IMG/VR virus record: IMGVR_UViG_3300033463_000079 | Coordinates: 15,491-79,490 of that record | Reading direction: 5' to 3' (one strand) | From: a virus | Lineage: Duplodnaviria; Caudoviricetes | Length of the DNA stretch: 64,000 nucleotides | In this document: positions 58,401 through 64,000 of the stretch, in pieces | How the letters are laid out: every line of letters starts with the position of its first letter | How positions within the stretch are numbered: position 1 is the first letter of the stretch | Notes under the pieces: generated by a model | Told to the model about the DNA's origin: nothing | Databases searched by the model: none | Seen by the model: only the letters and a program-made list of their open reading frames with translations | Position numbers and translations under genes: made by a program

Positions 58401-61400
58401 GAACAGATCGAGAACATAAAGGAAGAAGGATTCAAGGGCGACGGTGGTTTTGGAAACAATGTCGTTCCGGCATCTATCAATAATGTCTCACGGTACACGG
58501 AAGATGAAATGCGTGAGTGGGGTGTCAGCGAGGAAGAGATAGAACGGAGAAAACAGAGCGACGAGTGGAGAGACGGCGCCTGGTTCCCACAGATGAACAT
58601 AGTCGAAAGCAGATACGGTGGTAGAAAAGGCGACACTGTCATGTTTGTATCCGATGCGGATCTGGATAAAACGAAAGACACAGAGAAGGTCAAGATGGGA
58701 TACAAACCGTTTGACTACGAGATCGTTACTGTTGAGAGAGACTTCCAACCATACTACGAACTGTACGACAAGGCATACGACAGAGCAGAAGAGGAGAACC
58801 GGAAGGAACTTGAGGATGCAGGACTGTTCATGTCTGAAGGCGGATCCGTTTCGATGCTGTCCAGGAAGTCCTGGGAAGAAACCGACAAGAAGAAACTGAA
58901 GGGCAGACTCCTCAAGGCAGGATTCACAGAAGAAGAGATAGATTCCTGGATGAAGGAGATCGACTCTGTTGCGGCTATCATTGGAGAGGACGCAGCACGT
59001 CTTGACTACATAGCAGCAAGACAGCACTCATTCAAAAAACCGGACGGAGACTACTACAAATATACGCTTGATGCATCGACTCTTTGTGCGAAGAGACTGC
59101 TGTATCAAGGAACTTATGATGCCATCATGCACGTCCTTAAAGATGTTCCTCTTATGGAGAACGACGTCATCAGGATCCGCCAGATGATGGCAGAGAGGAT
59201 GCATGAAGTTCCATGCGGTATCTGCTATGTAGAATCACAGAGAAAGACTCTGGGCAGATACGCATCCGAATGGTTAGACGGATATAAGGGAGAATACGTT
59301 CCGAGTCTTGACGAGGTCGTATCGACAGACGGACTTGAATGGCTGCGGACTGAACATCCTCAAACATATGAGGACTTCACAAAGGCAATGGCTGCGAAGG
59401 GCGTATCATCTCCGAAGGTAGTGCAGCTCCGTACAGACTACAGAGAAGATCTCGTGAGGATGACAGAGAACACTGTGGAATATCTGAACATGATTGGTGG
59501 ACTGCGGTGGAATTCATTCTCTGACTTCGAGACTCCGCATCTTATCGACTTCATGCAGGCGACTCTTGATATGTCCGCAAAAGGACTCATGGGCATGGCC
59601 TATACGAAAGTGCCGAATCTGGTCAAAGTATTCGGTGCGACCGGAGTCAAGTTCAATCTGTCACTCATTCCAAAGGTAGACGAGAATGGAAACGTCGAAC
59701 ACGATGCAGACGGACGTATTGTTTTTGACGGTGTAGAAGGAATGCCTATCGAGGACGCTATGGAACTTCGTGACAAGTATCCGGACAACGTGGCGACTAT
59801 ACTCGTTGCAAAAGATAAAGGACATATGCTCGAAGCCATGAATGATGATCGAGTGGACTTCATCATTCCGTTCCACAGATCCAAGTGGACTATGGCAGAG
59901 TTCGAGAAACTTGGACTGCGTGGATACGAGGACTTCGCAACAGGAGACCAGGAGAATCCTATATTCCCATCAGAGTATTGGGATTATTCCATCACGCAGA
60001 AGAAGGGCGGCGGCAGAAAGAATGCAGAGACATATCTGAAACTGTGCGCTGAACGTGGCGAGAAACCTGCCTTCTCAAAGCTGCTCGTGGATAATGGAGA
60101 TGGATTCTTCAGTCTTCCGAAGGGCAATTCCGAAGAGGCAAAGACCATCCGCAACGGATACTACAAGCTGATCATCGAAGGCAAGATGTTCAACCACAAG
60201 ACCGGAAAAGGTTCTCCGCAGCAGAAGGTAAAGATGAACATAGACATGGACGCAGCGAGACAAGTCCTCGCAGAGTATGACGGAGATCCGAATGCGCTTC
60301 CTGTTGCCGAAGATGTCGTCAGAGACTTCGTGAAGGAGAAGACCGGACATGAAGTCGAAGGTTCTCTGAAGTTCTCACGGAAGACAGACTCTGAAGGCAG
60401 AGCATTATCTGAAGGACAGGAACAGTTCTTTGCAGACTCGCAGGCGAGAGATGAAGACGGCAATCTCATGGCCATGTATCACGGCACTCCGGATGCTGAC
60501 TTTGACGTGTTCAAGAAGGTGTGGATAAAAGACCATGATGGGTTCTTCTTCACGTCATCGAGAGAAGCTGCGGAGACATACATGCGTGGAGATAATGCAG
60601 AGCCTGGTGCCGGAGTAAAGGAAGTATATCTCAACCTTATCAATCCACTGATTATCGATGCAAAAGGACAAGGTGGATATGACATCAGAGCGTTCACTTC
60701 ACTCGAAGCACAGAGACGTGCGGAAGAAATCGAGGAGAGACTTGATGAGATAAGAGACTCATGGAGAAACGGAACAGACAACGGAGAGTATGAGAGACTC
60801 CAGGAAGAGTACGAAGACCTTGACGAGAACGAATGGATTGCAGGAGATACAGATTCTTGGGTTAAATATGCGGTGGAAGCAGGTCATGACGGTTTAATCA
60901 TCTACAACGTATATGACGCAGCGCCGTATGGAGACTATGAGGAAGTCGGTTCGTTTACGGAGATGATTGCGTTTGCATCGGAACAGATCAAGGACGTAGC
61001 GAATCTTAATCCAACATCAAACGAGAACATCTACTTCTCAAAGAAGGCACCAGAACCAGTCGACGAAGACGAAGTATCCGACATCATGGCGTCTGATCCA
61101 ACTATAGTAGACACTATGTACGGATGGGGTATGGCGACTCCGGAAGGACAGAATCTGCACGAGCAGACGAAGGACGAACTGATTGCAAAGATCGAGAAAC
61201 TCAAACAGGACATGACCATCACAGAAGGAAAGATCCTTGATGAGAAGTCCGTCCGTGAAGAGATGAATAAGCTCGTCGTGGCTATGGGCGCAGAGGAAGA
61301 CAGATGGACAGGGCAGATGCTTGGCGAGGTCAAAATGAACAAGACCAACAGAGGATTAGTCGAAGATCTCGTGCAGACTGCGAAGACCATCTGGAAGGAA

Positions 61401-64000
61401 CTGCAGAATGGAAACTATGAAGCGGCTGCTATCAGTGCAATGAACGTGTCCGAGCATGTAGTGGATAATCTTCTGCTCACAGAGGACTCCATGTACAAAC
61501 AGTACAAGGAACTTGTCGACTATTTGAAGAACACCAAGTGGGAACTGAATCCTATCTATCACGGAGATTTCGCAGGTGGATTCACGGAGTTCAAGAAGGA
61601 ATATAGAGGAAAGCTGCGTATCGTGAAGAGCGGTGGAAGATCTCCGGACGAACTGTGGGGAGAGATGTGCGAACTGTGGCCTGAATTCTTCACAGAGGAC
61701 ATCACGCATCCTGCGGACATGATGAAGCGGATGGCAGAGGTCAGAGACTCACTCGATCCATACGACATGATGCTGTCCGAATACAACCAGCAGCTCGTGT
61801 TGAGAGACGCAGCAGCGGACATCCTGGAGATCGTATCCAATGGTAAGCCGATTGAAACCTGGGCGGACAAGAGAGAGAACTACTACAGAGAGAAGATTGC
61901 GAAACTGAAGGCACGTCAGCAGGAAGCCATCAGAGACATAAAGGAAAAGCAGAACTTCAAGGATGCCGAGAAGAAACTTGCTACGCAGATGGCGGAAGGC
62001 AAGAAGAAGGCAAAGGAACAGAGAACAAAGCAGGAGAGCAAAGAGAAGAAGGCCGACGACAAGGGCAAGAGACAGACGATTGCCAAGATCTCAAAGCAGC
62101 TTGATTGGCTGTCCGGCAGACTCCTCAAACCGTCCGACGACAAACATCTTCCGGAAGGATATCGTAACGTCGTGGCACAGATGCTCGCTGCAATAGATCC
62201 ACAGACAGAGAGATCCAAAGCGCTTGAAGAGAAGTACGGTGTCAGCAAGAAGAGATTCAAGTGGCTGCAGCTCCGCAGTGAGTACGAGAAGATTGCATCC
62301 GGAGAGTCCTATGGATTCATCCTGGACGACCAGATCATGGCGGACATGCAGGAACTGTCAGACGTCCTGGGCGACGGAGACTTTGCACTTGCCAACATGA
62401 CATACGACGAGCTGCAGAAGGTGTACAGAATCGTGAGATCCATCCGTCATGGGATCCAGATGCAGAACAAGATGTTCTCTGACGAACTGAAAGCAACGGC
62501 AGAGGATTACGGACGGAATGCGATCGAGACTGCAGAGATGTATATCGATAAGCACGGCACGAATCGCAAGGGAGTGTCCGGTATGATCCAGGGTTCTGGT
62601 ATGCCACTGCTTGACGAAGGTATGCTGACTCCGAGAGATTACTTTGAGTACATTGGTGGCGGACTGAACGATGCGTTCCTTGCTATGCGTAAAGGACAGG
62701 ACGAACAGATACAGAAGATCAACTACATGCGTAGCTTCTTCGAGTCCATCTTCAGAGACTACGGCAAGACAACCAAAATCAGACACAGAGCAAAACCTGG
62801 CAGTGAACTTGAAGCGTGGAGAGACGGAAAGAACACGAAGTCCTTCCAGTGCGAAGGTGGCACGATCGAGCTGACACCATCACAGGTCATGTCTCTCTAC
62901 TGTCTGATGAAGAGAGAACAGGCACAAGGTCACATCCTCGGATCCGGCATCAAGGCATCCGTCGTCAATAAGAAGAACTTACTCCTGGGAGAAAATCTGA
63001 AGGAGTTCTTCGCAGGCAAGGGCGACAAAAAAACGAGAGGCCGCAGAGTCAATGTGACTGCGGAAGATATATTAAATATAGTAGGAACTTTGACAGAGGA
63101 ACAGAGAGACATCGCAGACAAGATGCAGACTCTGATGAGCACGGTCATGTCCGACTGGGGTAACGAAGCGTCGATGAAGATGTTCGGTTACCGGAAGTTC
63201 ACAGAAGAGAACTACTTCCCGATCGAGTGCGAGAGTACATATCTGGCGACAGACTTTGATGTGAGACAGACTGCAGAGAGAGTGAAGAATCCAAACTTTG
63301 CGAAGTCCACACAGAAGGGTGCTAACAATCCGGTGGTCATCGATGACATCTTCAGTGTATGTGCGGATCACTGCAACAGGATGGCAATGTACAGTTCCTA
63401 TGCTCCTGCGATTGCAGACTTCCAGAGAGTGTACAACTTCGTGGATCGAGATCCGGAGACCGGACTGCAGAATGGATCCGTAAAGGAATCACTCCAGGCG
63501 GCATACGGAGACAGAGCCATCAAGTACATCGAGAGATTCATGACGGATCTGAACGGCACGACACCTACATCGCACGACGACTTGAACAGATTCGTTGCCA
63601 AGTCTCTCGCAAACTATAAGAAGGCAGCAATCGGCGGAAACCTGCGAGTCGCAGTACAGCAGCCGACAGCCATGATAAGAGCGCTGCTCTACATCAGTCC
63701 GAAGTATTTTGCAGGCAAGATGACCAATCCTGCGAAGGAGATCAAGGAGATGAAACAGCACTGTCCGATTGCACTGTGGAAGTCCTGGGGATTCTCACAG
63801 GTGGACATGGCGAGAGATCTTGAGGACATCATGATGAACCAGGAATGGTCACGGTTCGATATGATGACAATGGAGATCTACAACTTCCTCGATCTCGTAA
63901 CCTGGGGACAGATTTGGAGAGCTGTAAAGAATGAAGTGAAGGCGGAGCACAAGGATGTAGAGGTCGGATCAGACGAGTTCTTCAGACTGTGCAACGAGAG
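52419..64000 (+). CDS. Giant polyvalent ejection protein, partial (>3860 aa, runs off the window; absent from the ORF track)
   Basis: Manual translation from the ATG after a TAGGAG SD found no stop to the end. Contains HEVTH zincin (~54879), LPD3/MuF-C-like (55340-55930), ParB-like HEGRHR (~56238), three ART-PolyVal domains (57000, 57640, 60380) and a CxxCY module (58860-60380). Confidence 0.88.
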   Translation, partial: MSTKTQAQKAYNRYKQAQANQKKKKVVNTQTRQQQKINKAVTKRATGNYSAFKGVNPGRTSEGSVQNTTVKRYTQTEAPARRNQQEIQRQRREHQTQTTGQRMNQEDQSRFKNLTVGALEQSVGSARKAFSGFMSGVTDTRAKSDTYGGVQAHRNGTQQYMTRREDRLSPEQLQSKESGIQKSKATSKALSEAQDYYTKQESKAASKQIARGTEKIEKGKEGLGAVGRFGADLYTGAVQLGADIGIGALTGSALLPMGVRAFGGAVDEAEQAGASWKKQMMYGATTAGIELGSEKLFNVGAALNKAYGAGVGDKLVEKLTKKVGKSALKGGLSEVGAAALTEGLEEMVAEGLEPMVANAIYANAIGGDAVQTSLLNDPTQAGLNILRAGGIGAALGAPLGGAGVVMQNRQGKKISENAQNIYGEDGVKEMARQARESEDEEDAAFAQAVYNAINEGKGVANIQVARLQGVLNSQKERDAKRTAEAYNVAEKTIADNNYSIPRQAANAKASESVDVARRAIAEQIPADVEMSEAEADKIVTTAARIGSGIAGESDIREALSSAESITVMEAVTGLDLGGKSKSVQHDMLIQYAAQQYVDAAQRQTEYDNSTLRNAYKTIKEKDLGVGGQTAFDKIFEGEDVRGLADGSTDFRGDDINDVHNKMYTFEAFYRAGTADMTLEEIRQKDNPVFASLTPRQQEDAYIAGRNDALAEQNAAYLKDVQVGRKSQKAKTKVRPGHVSLARLSDENKQILTQSRPLFEALAKALGIEIEFRDEITNVNGEVIEEGVNGHYQDGKITISMDNDKADMEKVPLAAIAYVFEHEVTHHMKVFAPAEFFRFKQFVKNKMMTMESSDGNFANRYEEEIAKKRRQYGNEDEGLLFEEILADASIEFIQDEEFCKEICEQDADTAHAIIKALRNLMDKIREIMANIVLTDSQRQTLFSELDILKDAEQMWLAGIRVAAERRNAVGETSNRASLSIKSIPSMDNKLVVVVDTDQHIFDGVDERDYAKVAKAYMKKRFQGKVVGTVNPAYFNSNSVGEYAYPAKDNPPDIDRAKMKAAPELENMLDIAGKPEHIHYDKNNPDPNHPDRYKGDYTEDWDIYSGVTFVLDDRFFEGTINLQYNKIGRLFKDLTQIKDITDSLLDASGNTPLLQTVSDFSTDIVEDSDAEVKKSMKELVTLSDQRIDNLIDEYAIPGNTTSNYTQAWITSINPRDFLKLTISDEALARWYEPEAANNDQPVRELEPEDLKAKGKYDPLMPYLRIQTRDSHSVVGHEGRHRMKALMDAGFEDVPVVVVDWNEATKNTKQMEDEMDLWSQDHGNGPVNSDNDIGYRVDVYDLIPINEKNRAEIERMYGGDTQVQFSRKYTPEEQQEHRDALLETCKELYGSETTENYHESGYILPDGKMPKMGDMGIRGEDHLVAAVGYGMEFDGIDMFMREGNIRLVPETNGFQITTEPTKEQYDTIGKVVDSMYDGVYSPFTEIRIDFTDDDGFVRDTMAFNGTDSDAIVGSIKAHFAGGTVTPMRQFLSRKDSEGRYLSEGQMEYFKDSKARDAYGHLIPVYHSSDAEFTEFDEDMRGENTGSLNTAYGFFTSPNEEFSKQFGKNTKKMYANITNPLIHPSNCHLKYPGREDEITKTWFETVDPYQIPFLEEIVESGDYDSLYDAYMGAFMWEAFDYADDERETVENAGFDGMEIIEGERDYVDGVQIKPYAISSFVVFNSNQLKDVDNLDPTDNPDILLSRKDSEGNELSEGQAEYFKDSKVRDEDGNLLRMYHGTDEEFTVFKPNKYVEERNGLSRIKGYFSTSEDYSGIYGETSAYYLNIENPLFIPDEGKTLAEWQTWFAEQGVDGVVFDSGIEEDTVKGYVKEDGTRLYSLWELFDAGSYWHGDGNLTEKIENAGHDGIYWEEGEDWNLGGGRSVEGRQLAYMPFNENAIKRLDNLNPSSSNDIRYSMKEVRGNKTQQKRDRGEKLTKSQFYRIYSVHKLNLRGLDNLQEQIENIKEEGFKGDGGFGNNVVPASINNVSRYTEDEMREWGVSEEEIERRKQSDEWRDGAWFPQMNIVESRYGGRKGDTVMFVSDADLDKTKDTEKVKMGYKPFDYEIVTVERDFQPYYELYDKAYDRAEEENRKELEDAGLFMSEGGSVSMLSRKSWEETDKKKLKGRLLKAGFTEEEIDSWMKEIDSVAAIIGEDAARLDYIAARQHSFKKPDGDYYKYTLDASTLCAKRLLYQGTYDAIMHVLKDVPLMENDVIRIRQMMAERMHEVPCGICYVESQRKTLGRYASEWLDGYKGEYVPSLDEVVSTDGLEWLRTEHPQTYEDFTKAMAAKGVSSPKVVQLRTDYREDLVRMTENTVEYLNMIGGLRWNSFSDFETPHLIDFMQATLDMSAKGLMGMAYTKVPNLVKVFGATGVKFNLSLIPKVDENGNVEHDADGRIVFDGVEGMPIEDAMELRDKYPDNVATILVAKDKGHMLEAMNDDRVDFIIPFHRSKWTMAEFEKLGLRGYEDFATGDQENPIFPSEYWDYSITQKKGGGRKNAETYLKLCAERGEKPAFSKLLVDNGDGFFSLPKGNSEEAKTIRNGYYKLIIEGKMFNHKTGKGSPQQKVKMNIDMDAARQVLAEYDGDPNALPVAEDVVRDFVKEKTGHEVEGSLKFSRKTDSEGRALSEGQEQFFADSQARDEDGNLMAMYHGTPDADFDVFKKVWIKDHDGFFFTSSREAAETYMRGDNAEPGAGVKEVYLNLINPLIIDAKGQGGYDIRAFTSLEAQRRAEEIEERLDEIRDSWRNGTDNGEYERLQEEYEDLDENEWIAGDTDSWVKYAVEAGHDGLIIYNVYDAAPYGDYEEVGSFTEMIAFASEQIKDVANLNPTSNENIYFSKKAPEPVDEDEVSDIMASDPTIVDTMYGWGMATPEGQNLHEQTKDELIAKIEKLKQDMTITEGKILDEKSVREEMNKLVVAMGAEEDRWTGQMLGEVKMNKTNRGLVEDLVQTAKTIWKELQNGNYEAAAISAMNVSEHVVDNLLLTEDSMYKQYKELVDYLKNTKWELNPIYHGDFAGGFTEFKKEYRGKLRIVKSGGRSPDELWGEMCELWPEFFTEDITHPADMMKRMAEVRDSLDPYDMMLSEYNQQLVLRDAAADILEIVSNGKPIETWADKRENYYREKIAKLKARQQEAIRDIKEKQNFKDAEKKLATQMAEGKKKAKEQRTKQESKEKKADDKGKRQTIAKISKQLDWLSGRLLKPSDDKHLPEGYRNVVAQMLAAIDPQTERSKALEEKYGVSKKRFKWLQLRSEYEKIASGESYGFILDDQIMADMQELSDVLGDGDFALANMTYDELQKVYRIVRSIRHGIQMQNKMFSDELKATAEDYGRNAIETAEMYIDKHGTNRKGVSGMIQGSGMPLLDEGMLTPRDYFEYIGGGLNDAFLAMRKGQDEQIQKINYMRSFFESIFRDYGKTTKIRHRAKPGSELEAWRDGKNTKSFQCEGGTIELTPSQVMSLYCLMKREQAQGHILGSGIKASVVNKKNLLLGENLKEFFAGKGDKKTRGRRVNVTAEDILNIVGTLTEEQRDIADKMQTLMSTVMSDWGNEASMKMFGYRKFTEENYFPIECESTYLATDFDVRQTAERVKNPNFAKSTQKGANNPVVIDDIFSVCADHCNRMAMYSSYAPAIADFQRVYNFVDRDPETGLQNGSVKESLQAAYGDRAIKYIERFMTDLNGTTPTSHDDLNRFVAKSLANYKKAAIGGNLRVAVQQPTAMIRALLYISPKYFAGKMTNPAKEIKEMKQHCPIALWKSWGFSQVDMARDLEDIMMNQEWSRFDMMTMEIYNFLDLVTWGQIWRAVKNEVKAEHKDVEVGSDEFFRLCNE

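Larger units (their letters stand above)
33000..64000 (+). mobile_element. Phage B: partial podovirus-like phage genome (terminase to giant ejection protein)
   Basis: terS-terL-portal-scaffold-capsid-nozzle-fibre-lysis-ejection order; tetranucleotide usage distinct from the left half. Confidence 0.88.

Noticed and set aside
52828-63761. Many short ORFs on both strands in the track
   Set aside because: They are shadows of the single giant + strand frame starting at 52419
1-64000. CRISPR array, tRNA or rRNA genes
   Set aside because: No regularly spaced direct repeats or cloverleaf/rRNA signatures; intergenic gaps are short and explained by terminators and promoters

Overview
The window is all phage DNA, essentially all on the + strand. 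It reads as two different podovirus-like phages of anaerobic Firmicutes (Clostridia-like) joined head to tail. Phage A (1 to ~32.5 kb) starts inside its major capsid gene. It then carries a decoration gene, a glycosyltransferase, adaptor, a split nozzle, tail fibres, holin and C39-type lysin, and an accessory HTH / coiled-coil / ferritin-like cassette. After that come ejection proteins including a 3323-aa polyvalent protein, and the early replication/recombination operon. Phage B (~33 kb to the end) runs terS, terL, portal, Prp protease, scaffold, an N4-gp56-type capsid, a glycosyltransferase, adaptor, nozzle, tail genes, r1t-type holin, a CHAP/L,D-transpeptidase lysin, a tail fibre and ejection proteins. 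Phage B ends in an open >3860-codon polyvalent ORF (52419 to beyond 64000) that the ORF track missed. The two halves have opposite palindrome usage (by eye): A lacks GATC/CCGG/GGCC/AGCT, while B is full of them and seems to lack CGCG. Even so they share an 83%-identical tail-fibre tip. The most interesting signals are: (1) a glycosyltransferase in each phage just downstream of the capsid gene, with a poly-Ser C-terminal tail on the B capsid, suggesting virion glycosylation; (2) the giant multi-effector ejected protein with three ART-PolyVal domains and a possible radical-SAM/GP88-like module; (3) a fixed-spacing late-promoter motif, GTGTGGGAGAAA-N17-TANNNT; (4) a stop-codon-coupled attenuator after an RHH repressor gene; (5) a self-encoded Prp protease with matching L27-like leaders on scaffold and capsid. 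No tRNA, rRNA, CRISPR array, integrase or reverse transcriptase was seen. All family assignments come from motif recognition by eye; no database searches were run.
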